64,000 nt of DNA from Phoronis australis. Lineage: Eukaryota; Animalia; Phoronida. A program made the position numbers and the translations under genes. Positions 28,549 through 41,043 of this stretch are shown here, piece after piece. The stretch covers positions 71,976-135,975 of the forward strand of contig NMRA01000594.1 of the NCBI GenBank assembly GCA_002633005.1. The letters are read 5' to 3'. The notes under the pieces were generated by a model. The model was not told where the DNA came from. It saw only the letters and a list, made by a program, of their open reading frames with translations, and ran no database searches. Position 1 is the stretch's first letter; each line of letters starts with the position of its first letter.

Positions 28549-30505
28549 CTGTTTTGTTTCAGATCCAGAACAAAGGCTACACTCTGACGCTTTTTTGTCT
28601 GTCACATCCGTACCAAAGTAGACTCTATATATACACAAAACGTACCGAGAGTGGCGTACATGAAGTAATACGCCACGAGACGTTATCCCGCGTATTGACC
28701 GAGACCGAAGGCCGAGGTCGATACGCGGAATAAGGTCGAATCCCTCAGTTTCTTACATTTTTTAGGCAGATTTTTCAAATACTTCACCCAGACTGTTCAC
28801 ATGGCGGATCACATCCTACATTTTTGTTCTTGCGCGTTAGGTTGCAAGTTTTCTCTTGTAAAAGAAACAAATTTAAAGGTAACGATTTATTTCTTGAAAA
28901 GAAGTAGCGAAGATAAAAACAAAGGCAACTGTGCAGTGAACTTGTAACATCTCCTGGAAATAGTTAAAAAACAACAATAATTAATATTTTAATTTCCTAG
29001 GAATCGGCGCCTGAGTTGCAGACGATAAAGTATTCAGCAATTGAAAACTGAGACACAAGTGTCTTATAATTAACAGTTTTGTTCCAGATTTTACATTTAG
29101 GGCCTGGTTTCATGTCGAGTGTTAGTTACACTGTTGCAACTATATTCGGAATGTTTGATGATCGAACCGGCTGAAGACGTCGAGTCGACATTGACCCTAC
29201 CTTGCGGTAGGTGGTCATGATGATATCCCTTGACAGATTCAACGCGCATTGGATAAAAGAAGAAAATGACACTTAAACTCACCGGGTACGTCGCTGTCGC
29301 CTGACATTTTTGGTCTCGTAACCGATCGCCTTCCGGGCGTTCTTGATCACGTGTTGGCCGGTGTGAGGTAACAAATGTAAAATAAAAGTTGAGTATATGT
29401 GGGCACGACATCGAATTGAAATCGAGAAAAATCAAATTACGGGTGAAGTGAATAAATTTGGGTGAGGATTTATCTTTTTCACCACTTGCTGTGTTCGTGA
29501 TACAATGTATGTCAGACGCCGTGTAGGGACTTTTCGTCATAACCTTATCAACATGTATATTCATGTACGCAGACGTGCAGCTCACTCAGAATCAAAATAC
29601 ATTATGTATTAGTTTCCCGCTGCCAATTCCCATGCTATGTACACTCATTCTTATGGCACTCGGTAAATGAAAGGACTGAGGATTGTGCGAAGTGCACAAG
29701 CCAAGAGGGAGATTGAATTTGAATGACCGTTCTGTAACCTTTGACCTCGGAAACGAAGTACTAAACAAATTTCTGAAGGCGTTGAATGTGGTTCTGCAAA
29801 GTATTTTTCTCGCTTCACGGTATGCATTTCGTGCTTCAACTTTTTCAAGAACCACCATTTTTGTGTATAAAGCTTGTTTTATCCTTGATTTATCGAGGCT
29901 GCATCAATTCCTTATCTGAAGTCAAAATGAACTTAATGCTTCAACTCGACCTTCGGTCGTGTTCAGACATGCCCACATAAAGGAGTTCATGATAGGATAT
30001 CTTACATGTATATGTCACCGTGTCTGCATTCTCTTGGCATTGTTTCTTAGAGCATCGCTTCAGCAAGTCATGAGTTTTTAATCATGTGTTTTGTGCAACG
30101 GGTTCGACCTATGGAGCCTTTACACGTCCGATGCTATCCAGGTATCTAACGGTGTGAATTTTTTCTGTATGTTCACTTGCTTTCAAAATCGTAAATTTTG
30201 ATCTAAATCACTGTCGTAACTGGTTTCAAAAGGAATCCATAATTATATTACAGAGGATTTCCAGGGTTCTCGAGAATAGAAAGTTCTTAGTTCGAGACTG
30301 GCGAGCTAAGTAAGACACTTAATCTGAGAGTTGTATGACCCGCGCGTGGTCTCAAGTATACAAATGAGAACCACCAGTTTTCCAAGACCATAAATTGCTT
30401 CTAATCTGAGCACGAATTACTGTAACACTTATTTCCGTTTCATAACTTTGAGTCAGGTTTACATCTGGTATAAATGATATCGACCCATTTGTCATTCTTG
30501 CTAAG

Positions 30506-30663
30506 GCTTTTGGAATGGCAAGACTAATGAGAGACGGGGAAGCTACGAGTTTTCTTCGTGGATAACCAAAACCAAGTCTATAGCTGTTATGCCCGGCGGG
30601 TTGTTTTACGGACTAGAACATAGCGACATGGGCGCCACCTATGCGCGGATTTGTTTCTTCAAA
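30506..30663 (+). CDS. KYAT: KYAT exon with the substrate-carboxylate-binding Arg
   Basis: ctaag/gtgagt boundaries; ...SYEFSSWITKTKSIAVMPGGLFY...YARICFFK; phase 1-0. Confidence 0.88.
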
Positions 30664-31135
30664 GTGAGTATGGAAATTTCAACAGTCCTCTCTTAGTCAC
30701 GCTTGGATTGGATCGGATACTGTGTGGTACGTAACGAAATAAGATACATGGAGTCCGCAAATGAATTAAATTTTTCATTTTTTGCTGATTATTTCGGGAT
30801 GAAGATTTGTTGTTTTTTACCTTCCTCTCCAGTGGCATTCCATGATAAATGTTCCGTTTTCAAGACTGATTCATTTTCCGTCCCCGCCCGTGTTTACAAA
30901 GCACGCGACCGCTCCTGCATTTTATGCACAGCAACATATAACCATGCAATATGCCCAGGTGGACAGACAATGGTAAATATTGTACAAAACTGATAATAAA
31001 TACTAAAAAGCACATACTGTATGTGTGTGAGCGCGCGTCTGCGGGTGTTCTTTGAACGTTCCTGTTTGTATGTATACATTACAGTAAAGATTGAAACAGC
31101 CAGCAGTAGCTTGAATGAAAATGATTATTTTGCAG

Positions 31136-31195
31136 AATGACGAAACGCTAGAAGAATTTGCAAAGCTCATAAACAAATGGAAGGCTGAGTTGTGA
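31136..31195 (+). CDS. KYAT: KYAT terminal exon
   Basis: ttttgcag acceptor; NDETLEEFAKLINKWKAEL*. Confidence 0.85.
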   Translation, partial: NDETLEEFAKLINKWKAEL

Positions 31196-31299
31196 TTGTT
31201 TCCGGTTATGGTCGAGACAACACGTGAAATCTTACTGGGGGGTCGTTTTCTCCGTTTCGAGAAGAATGTCTGTTTCTAGGTAGGGTCAAATTTGTTGCG

Positions 31300-34200
31300 T
31301 ATTATACTTCATGATGTATATCACTCACAAACTACGTGCTAGTAAGGACAGTGTCGAGTAAAAGGCTGCTACACCCAATGCCAAGCCATTGAAGGAATCT
31401 ACTGTTACACCTCGGTCATCGAAGCCCGTGGCCGGCACTGGCACCGGGCTACATCTAGGATTCGACATCAAGCAAGAAATAAAAGAGGCGCTCCTAGACA
31501 ACAAAATTAAAGGTTTTTTTTACGGAACTCCCACGGTCGCTCATTTTTGCTCAAGCTGCTGCCATTCGTGATCTTTTAGAGGCCAAAGACCGTGAGATTG
31601 ATGTTTTGAGAATTGAGGCTGACGCCATGAAGTGTAATTTTAAGCACAAGATCGAAAACTTTGAAGTAATGCGTGATGCACAACAAGACTATGGCCGTTG
31701 AAGCAGTCTCACACTAACTGGTTATGAAGAGAAAAGAGATGAGACGACAGATGACATTGTACTTTCTCTTGCTAATCGTATGAGCGCCGATATTGACATC
31801 AGACATATTAGTCGCAGTCATCGTCTTAACGCACCCCCCCGAGTCTTCAATCACAAGTAAACTTAGACTTAATATTGTAAAGTCTGTGTCCTTAATGTGA
31901 GAGCCAAGTTCATTGCGAATCGGAAAGTACTGTACAAATCGGGAAAGCCTTGTTTGTGAAGGAGTACTTACCTCCAAACAGAGCGCAAGTTTTTCAGGAA
32001 ATGCCGCAACTTAGTCAAGTGTGTTCTGAGCTGCTGGACATTTGGGGGTAAAGTTTTAACTAACCGTCTTGACCACTCGCTATACTGTGCCAAGGATCTG
32101 TCAGACTTGAGTAAACTATAGTTTCTATTCTTGGATAGTATGATTCATTTAACTCGTAGTTATCTCTCATTTACAGTACTCTTCCACACGTGGTAATGTT
32201 TAGTGTTTACAGCTTGTCATGAGTTGCAGGGTTTCATGAACTTACGTGAGTTATTGTCTAATTGTTTCCTACTTTACATATTCTGTTCGTGCAGCTGTCA
32301 TTCATTGTCGCATTCCTTTTGTATTTGCTGTTTGAAAGGGGTGTTTGGTCTCCTGCTGGTAAGGTTAGCCCATGTCCGCAATTGGTTCTCTGACATTTTT
32401 CATTGGCCCGCCCAGTCCGTTGTATTCTCTCTCGGGGAAGCTTTTGAGCTACTGCTCGTGTCACATAGACACCTATCAGTGTTGTTGTTTTGCCTTTGAT
32501 CTTCGTTGCAGTATAAACTCTATTACACTACACGGATATATTGAATAACTTTGGTGGTATTAATGTCAATAGTTTTCAATTTGCTTGGTGATGAAAATGA
32601 TGATATTGGGCCTGGTGCTCTCAAGTCTTCCCCTTATCATGATAGTGTTTCATTTAGAGATTTTGCTCTTAAACAGAACGACGACTTATGTGTATTATCT
32701 TTAAACATACAGAGTATACGAGCTAAGTTTGATAGCTTGTTGCTGTTTCTCCGTCAACTGTTCCAGTTAAACTTTTATTTTAGTGGAATTTTGTCTGCAA
32801 GAAACTTGCCTTGATGATTATGCTGTCCTCTCATCGTTTCAAATTAATAAATACGTTTGTGTTTCCCAGGACAAGAAATGTTGTGTCCATGATAGCTTTA
32901 ATATTTACATCCACAACTCGTTGGAGTATAAAACCAAAATTAAAAATGATTCTTCAGTTTTTGAGTCACTATTTGTGACCTTAGTTGGGATTGTCCATAA
33001 GATGAATGTTATAGTTGTCAATATTGATAAACCACTCAAGTAAAACGACAATTTAAACATACGGGCATTTCTACATGCAGATGATTTTCATTAATTAATC
33101 ACTAAACTTGGGCAAACCTACTCTCATGTCATGTTGGCAGTTGATTTTATTATCAATCTTTTAAAAGTGGATGAGAGGCCTTTTTTCGGAAACTGTTCAG
33201 CACTGTGCCATTAAATGGTTTACCTCCAATTATTACTTTTTCAACTCGTTTCTCTGAGTTTTCTGTTTCATTCATTGACAACATTTTCTACAAATTTAAT
33301 AGTTGTTCAAGTATTGATCCAGATTCCGGGGTCTACTGATCTAATATCTTTGATCATTTACCCATTTTATCTTGTTTTACAACAACATTAAAACGGCGAG
33401 AGCCCCCAAATTTGCTCACAGAAATGTCAGTAATGGCGATTGTTTGAAAAATGTGCGTGATGAATTTCTCACGTGGATGCAAATTTGAATGGCGATCCCA
33501 GTGTGAATTACAATTTACTCCAGGACTCTATTCTTGCTTGTTTAAATAAGTTCAATACAGTAAGAAAAGTAAGATTCAATAAGTATCAGCACGAAAACAA
33601 TATTTATACCTCCCAAGTTATTTTAAACTCGCTTAGGTGTAGAGACCGGCTTTATAAACGACTCAAGTCAACTCCCTAAAGTGCTACAAACCTAAAACCT
33701 ATACCATTATTCTAAAAAAGATTTTGAAAAATGCTAAGTCACTTTATTATCACAATCAGTTTCGGGCCAATGTTGGATCTCCCAAAGACACTTGGAAAGA
33801 AATTAACAAGTTATTGAATAGGAATTTCTTCTCAAATAATCCTACCAGATTGAAGATAAATGATGAAATGGTTTGTGACCATTGTGGAATTGTAAATCAT
33901 TTTATTAATTTTTTTAGCAATGTGGCCTCACACTCTCTACTACTCATTCTTCAAAATTGTCACATTTGTCTTTTCTAGATTGTGAATACGTTTCTACATG
34001 TAGACTTGACTTTGAACCAATTTCCCCAATGGATATAGCCAAACCTACTTGGGGTCATGATGGCATATCCATGAATATAGTAAATTGTCTAAATAATCTA
34101 TTGATTGAATCATTGTGCGTTGTTTTTAACCAGTACATTTTCAACCAATTTTTTCCGAATAACATGAACATTTCCAAGGTTATTCCTGTATTTAAAAATG

Positions 34201-35760
34201 GGACCCGTTGTTTTAGATAATTACAGGCCTACCTCTGTTCTTCTTTGCTTTTCTAAGATTTCAGAAAAACCTATTTATAATTAGTTTCAACAAATATTTT
34301 CAATCTTGCTATTGGCTTGCTACATTCTGCCAAGTATGGTATTCATGCGGGACACTCGACAAAACTGGCTTTAGTTGAAATAATGGATAAAATTTCCTTG
34401 ACTATGGAAAATAACAAATGACCCCTGGCCATTGCAATTGAACTTTCCAAAACTGTTTACTCTTTAAGTCATTCAATTTTGCTCGAAAAACTTCTATATT
34501 ATGGTTGCAACCCCTTGTTTCTCTATCGGGCTCAGTATGTTCAAATTAATAACACAAAATCTAACTCAGGTCCAAGCCTGCGGGGTGTCCCACAGGGGTC
34601 TACAGTGTATACCGGTTCCGTTATAATTCTTCAATTACATTAATGATTTTTGTGAAGGGCAGGAGTTTCTTTAACTGCATACTTTATGCTGATGATACTA
34701 CTCTTATTGATGGTATTCATACCACGATATCTGTTAATGAGTCATATGTGTTTTGTAGGGAGCTGGAGAAAATTCAATGTAGGTTAAATGTAAATGGACT
34801 GGTTTTAAATGCAACCAAAACATGGCTTTTCATTAAACCCCAAATTATATTGATGATTTTTATTTATAATTGAATAACTTGGAAACTGAAAGAGTTCGGT
34901 CATTCAAATTACTTGGTGTTACCATCAACGAAAACCTTTTGTGGACTCCACACACGAACAATGTGTTGAGAGGGATGAGCAGATTCTGCAGTGTTCTTAA
35001 TAATAGTAACCATTTCTTGCCCTTTGAAACTTTGAACACTGTATATAATGGCCTTGTCCTTTCTCATTGTAACTGTGGTATTCTGCCAGGGGGGTGTGAA
35101 CATCATAGAGTATCCAGATTACAGAAACAGGTTATTCGCACTATTACCTCTAGCTTTTTTAATGCTCATGCTGATGCTTTATTTAAAACTAGACAGATAC
35201 CCAGAATAAAGGACTTGTATGTTGTTGCTATAATTAAATTATTCTACAAATATGTTCATAATTAGTTACCTTCATTTTTAACGCTTTCAATTTAATAACC
35301 CGTGGGTCTGTTCATAAAAAATTACACTAGGAAACGACATCTTCTACAAACTCCTCGTTGTACTGAATCATTTGATGAAAATTCAGTTCGCAATGCCCTA
35401 CCTCATATCATTAATAACCTTCCTAAAAGAGTTTTCCACAAAATATTTACGCATTCGTTTTCCTCTGTCATAAATTATTTTAAAAACGTTTGTTTTTGAA
35501 AATTATGAACTTCAGTGCACTATTCCCAAATGCTTTGTGTGTAACTACTTTCGATAATCTCTCCTAGTCTTTTTGCAAATAGTTTTTAAATTACAATATC
35601 ACTTAATTTTGTAATTCTGATTATCTGTAACACTGTATGCTGTGTTTTGTTTATTCTCTGTTGGCTCGGCGGTCAACGGACCCTTCGTGTCCTTTACGAA
35701 GTCTCCATAAGCGTAAATTTGTATTGTATTTTTGTCTTAACGTGAATAAAGTGTATTACT
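31300..35760 (+). mobile_element. Near full-length degenerate LINE (L2/Crack-like): ORF1 + APE-RT ORF2
   Basis: ORF1 coiled coil and ISRSHRL motif; LSLNIQSIRAK, CLQET, GHDGIS, GVPQGS, LYADDT, FKLLGV; terminal C..PKCFVC; AATAAA near 35746; many stops and frameshifts. Confidence 0.92.
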
Positions 35761-36676
35761 ACTTCTTTGTTATATGTCTGTTTCATTCTTTGGCCTTAGG
35801 ACAAAAATATGTGAGCGCCTATTTTTAAGCAACATCTGTTACATGGTGCGTAGTTATTATGTTTGGGATCCATTGAAAATAACACTTTAGAATCGATAAG
35901 TTCAGAGAAATAACCCTTACGGATTACATTTTACGTAAAAATAGGGACAACGTTGTTGGACACTAAAATTGGTTTTGAAACATGAAAATTTGTAGATTGA
36001 CAGAGCAAGACTATGTAATCGCAAGCTGTGATCTGTGATCACCGTTAATATGTCCCCGGTGACGGCGGGGTTGTGGTACTCGCTGGTTCCTGCATGCCGA
36101 TAGGTGGTTGATAGCCGGTACGCGGGTAGCATTTTATTTTCCTCGGGAATTTTTTTACACCGGCGTTTCTGATTGATTGGTGGAATTCTCAACAGGTAGC
36201 GTTTCCTCAAATATAATGGCCTGACTGGTGGAGGAACTGTAAATGTGGTCTATTGTACGGACAAATCGGTTCTTAAAATTCATGTTGAAAAAATGTGAAT
36301 CCCCATAAATTGTATTTGCGCCTTTTTGGAGTGCATCTTTCTACTGTCCCTGGCTTTTGTTTACGTTGATGTTCCGTATTCATACAGTATGAGTAGTTTA
36401 CCAGTTAAATGTGCCGGATGAGTGTTTACTGCGCACGGATGCGCTTCAAGAACGCAGCTATGACAGATTACTGCAGAAACGAAATAGTTGCTGCTACGCC
36501 ACTTGCATGACAAAGCTAAGATCGTTCATAGTTCGCCATTTTTTCACTTTGTTGTAAAGCTAACTAATGACTACCGAGGATACATCAACCAGTGATAAAG
36601 TGCTTGCTACTGCCCATTACCTTCGTGTAATCTCTACACGTATTGAACCAGCGAGGTTTGTGGAACGGCAAAAGTG

Positions 36677-36920
36677 CATGCGTGCACCCAGGGTAGGGGG
36701 CTCAGGGGCCTCGTGCGAGCCCCCCATTTTGCAATTTGAGCCAAATGTCCGCCTCAGAGAAACATAACGTCCTACGAAACAATACAATACTCCACTAAAA
36801 AGACTGGAATCTGGCAAATGCACAATTCATACCTCTCAACGAGCCCGTTCAACATATTTAGTAAAAGGTCCGCATCCACAAAAGATTGAGTCCACATATT
36901 TTAGGTTGGGTTCACGCATG
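36677..36920. mobile_element. MITE
   Basis: TIR CATGCGTGCACCCA / TGGGTTCACGCATG with a GC-rich subterminal hairpin; no clear TSD. Confidence 0.55.
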
Positions 36921-38875
36921 TAGTTTATTCCGGGAGTCGTTGATATTGTGGTGCTTGGCGTACTTTTACAGAGTTAAAATATATAGCTTTTTAGATATTT
37001 ACTAAATGCACAGATATGTTGATAAGCTCTTACATAATCTTAGTAACACTGCAAAACAGGTTTAATTCACATTAAAACACGTCACTTATTTTAGTACCAT
37101 GGGATGTTGTCCCAAATTGCAAACGTTTTTGTAAAGCTCTCAGTGATACGACGTGAACGTCAAATATGCCTGACACGACTGGAGCTCATCATTGTCTCAC
37201 TGGAGCAATCAGTGCAACAAAATTGCATCTAAACGAGGGCAACATTTATCTGACTGCGGTAGGAATTCCTGTCATTTTCACGTTGTTGACATTAAAGTAA
37301 TTTTGAATGAAATCTGCTTAGTTTTACCAGTACAGTAATGCAAATGAAAGGCATCCTATTACGTGCAAAATTTAATTAATACTTTTGTATCTGCTGCTCA
37401 CGTGTAGTTGAGTATCCAGCTACGGATCTATCGAGCATGTCACATGAACAGCCAACAAGCAGAACAATAAATTGGAGGTGTTAATCTTTCCAATCCCAAT
37501 CCGTGTTTTACTTGACAAATTACATTAAGTTTGACAGAACTTGGATAAAGCATCACGCCACTGAGTTCAGTCAGTGATTTTGGATATACCATGCAAAATG
37601 TCGGGAGTCGGTGGGGGGGGGGGAGTAGAACAAAATGCCTCAATGTCTTGATACGAAATGAGCCGTTCTTGTGCAATTTTCAGTTTTAAAACAAAACCTT
37701 TACGCACAATTCTCACAACATGGGATAGGTAATTGACCCGTGTAAACAAAAATGGTACATATGCTAATAATCGGTTATCTTAGTAAAAATTTGAACTGTT
37801 TCAGTGGAGGTGCACTTCATGCATTTTTTGCACTTGAAAAACAAAAACACCTTAATATTTCATGTGTGTCACAGACGAATTTAACGTATTCAACGTACAT
37901 GTTGAAGAGTCGATACGAATAAAACGAATGCAAAAAATTTCACCCCTCCCTCCATTCTTGGAGAAGGGTATTACATTCACTTCTTCCAAACCGTATGAGT
38001 CCATTTTTCATGCTTCGAATGACACGAATGTCAAACAGAGACACAAGAAGGTACATGCTGAAATACGAAACCACTGCAACACTACGTCAAATGTATGATG
38101 ATCCCAAAAGCTGACTTTCTTATTTATTGGCCGCTGCCATTCGCATTAAATGTTGAAAAAATTAACAAGAGACAAGTCTCTTAACTCTTAAAATGTACCA
38201 GGGGTTCAGCATTGTGAATGACGCGCCTAAGTTATTTTCAGGCATCTGTGCTAAACCATGTCGTTGGACCGGGTGAGGTCGAGAAATGAACAACCAAACA
38301 AGAAGAGAAAAAAATTAAGAGAACACTACCAGTGCTTGATTAACCCTTTGAGGTCCCTGGCCATGACATTTTTGTTAGGGCCCCATTTTTGCAACATGGC
38401 TCTTCTGAACCCATAAATGTATTTTTAAATCATTGCAGAGCATATTAATTTACGGGTTTTTTTATTTCAAGAATACAATTGTTGGTTGCGCCAAATCATC
38501 TGTATTCTGTCTCAAGCAGGGTATAATGGATTAATCTGTCGCTCTCTTTTTATTTTTTTTTTCCAAATTTTATATCACTTAAAACACTTTGAGTATCTGG
38601 AAAACTGCCTAAACTGCTGTTAATTTTATGTTTTTTGAAATTACTGAGTGTTTTATATTGATAAACCCAACCCCTGGAGGTGGCACGTTGATGGCGTATA
38701 TGCAGCCACCATTTGCGTGCTTTTGAATTTTAAAGGGCAATTCAAGAAGAGGGTACCCAATGATAGAATCGATTGCCTCTATTTCTCTGTTTTTGTGGAA
38801 TCGTACATTCTGCGTTTGATATATTAGAAGGACTCTGAGGGTCATATGATGATGGACTCAACTGCCACGCTTTTC

Positions 38876-39135
38876 GATTTTTATGCGGCCACATACTTAA
38901 ATATGGGTGCATGACGTCGTCATCCTTCCGGCTTCCGGCGTCCGCAGCTTTATATCGAAAACCCTTTGCAGGATCTTATTAAAATTTGGCTAGTGTTTTT
39001 CTATGTGACTGACGACAAGTGCTTAGGTGTGTCGAACGGATCCAAATACCAATGTTCCTCTTAGTGACAAAATGTTTTTTACGTTTGCCTATCTATCTTC
39101 GAGGTGCATGCATCTATTTTCTTGAAATTTGGCAA
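38876..39135 (+). mobile_element. Helentron-associated (HINE/DINE-1-like) fragment
   Basis: T-run, short hairpin and GTCC-like tract, followed by repeated 'gatctt..tgaaatttggc' units. Similar units occur at about 15050-15560. Confidence 0.4.
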
Positions 39136-40891
39136 GTAAATTTCTAAGAACAATTGAAAGCATCCTGTGTTCACAAAAATACACTAGTTCAAAGTTTAAA
39201 TGAAGTTCAATTCATCATCCTCAAAGAGTATATCAAACCACAACAAACATGGCCACAAGTAACAAAATCAACTGAACCCAACCTCACTTGTAAAGCGAGT
39301 CTATGTAAAGGCCACATCTATTCCCAAAAGGTGAGCTAAACGGATTGTTCTCAAACCCTCTCGACCCCACGACACACTCGACCAACCACCCGCGACCCAC
39401 AGCCCACTAGACCAGGTCTGCACAAGCTCCACTAGATCTGAACATAAAACAATTGCTGACTTGCAAGAACAACGAGTTGGGCAGTGAGCTCGGCTCGCTT
39501 TTCGATGATTTTTGCAATTAAGCGACGCATCACCGAAAAAGTGGGACTAAAGCCCCCCAACCCCCATGTGTGCACGGCGAATAGATCATCCGAGGCGCAG
39601 CACTGAAAAACGCTGAGACCTATAGCCCCCCAGCCTTCTATGCTACTTCGCCCATGAGTTGATTGGGCAAGTTTGAAATCCAAATACAGAAAAAAACAGC
39701 GAGAACAAATCAAATCAAAGACCTACCAACGTTACAACTGTTGTTTCTGGCAAAGTGTCTGCTCTTCAGTGAATGGCAGATTCAAGTTTTTTTGGGGAAA
39801 GTGCGAGGAACCATGTAATTTCGTTAGTAAGTACAGTTTGAGAAAGCAAACTTTTGACTAACAAACTAAAGAGTATCTCAACGTTACATGCAGTATATTG
39901 TAAACAAATATACACAGGAATCAAACAATAAAAATGTGAAATAATCTCCATTCAAGTTAACATACATGTACTCTCCATGCAATAGTAGGAGACACAATTA
40001 CATCCTTCACTGAAAAATCAGGATGCATTGGTAACAATGTGTACTCCAATTGCTTATACGAAATTTGCAGAANTCTATGCTACTTCGCCCATGAGTTGAT
40101 TGGGCAAGTTTGAAATCCAAATACAAAAAAAAAACAGCGAGAACAAATCAAATCAAAGACCTACCAACGTTACAACTGTTGTTTCTGGCAAAGTGTCTGC
40201 TCTTCAGTGAATGGCAGATTCAAGTTTTTTTGGGGAAAGTGTGAGGAACCATGTAATTTCGTTAGTAAGTACTGTTTGAGAAAGCAAACTTTTGACTAAC
40301 AAACTAAAGAGTATCTCAACGTTACATGCAGTATATTGTAAACAAATATACACAGGAATCAAACAATAAAAATGTGAAATAATCTCCATTCACGTTAACA
40401 TACATGTACATGTACTCTCCATGCAATAGTAGGAGACACAATTACATCCTTCACTGAAAAATCAGGATGCATTGGTAACAATGTGTACTCCAATTGCTTA
40501 TACGAAATTTGCAGAAAAGGGTATCTTTGTGGATAAATATTGATAAACATTGTGTGTAGCTTTGGAATATACTGCTTTACATTGCTTGCAGTGTAGGATT
40601 TTCCAAAGAGGTTTAGAAATTTAACTTGTTTATTCAGGAAGTAAGAAAAACGTAGAGTGTGGCAATAACATTATATCTTAGCCATGCTTGGGATTATTGA
40701 AAAAAATAACACGAAAACGAGGCCATAGCTACCAGCTATATAATGTACACCATAGGGAAAATTGCTCTCGTGCAATAAAACACTTAGAGTTTTACAGTTT
40801 TTCAGAGTACGTTAGAATAATTATGATTCCAAATGTGCGTGATATCACAAAAAGTCAAAACAAAATCACGCAGCGAGCTAGATATGTACCC

Positions 40892-41043
40892 CAGTGGCGG
40901 ATTTAGGGGGGAAAGGGAGCCTTGCCTCGCCTAGAATTCTCCCAGATTCCATTTGGCAGTATAGAGGTGCAAATGTCTGACAGGCAAAATTCTGGCTCAT
41001 ACCCTGCTCTGCCCCCCATCTCAAAATTCTGAATCCGCCGCTG
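40892..41043. mobile_element. MITE with CAGTGGCGGAT TIRs and 5-bp TSD
   Basis: TIR CAGTGGCGGATT/AATCCGCCGCTG, flanked by TACCC on both sides. Confidence 0.8.

Larger units (their letters stand above)
17727..31195 (+). pseudogene. KYAT: Kynurenine--oxoglutarate transaminase (KYAT1/KYAT3, class I PLP aminotransferase), 3' half; frameshifted in this assembly
   Basis: Exons 17727-17894, 22320-22509, 30506-30663, 31136-31195 give SLPGMWERTITICSAGK..TGW.MGW, SPECYF.SL..E...KRD...PIIPDGGYF, YARICFFK and DETL...KWK*. There is one extra T at 17783-17786. Family identity is high confidence; pseudogene status is uncertain (could be a sequencing error). Confidence 0.8.

Noticed and set aside
39637-40516. 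About 440-bp tandem duplication (gives the twin 61-aa ORFs)
   Set aside because: Copies are separated by a single N (40073) and differ by a few SNPs/indels; this looks like unmerged haplotype overlap at a contig join
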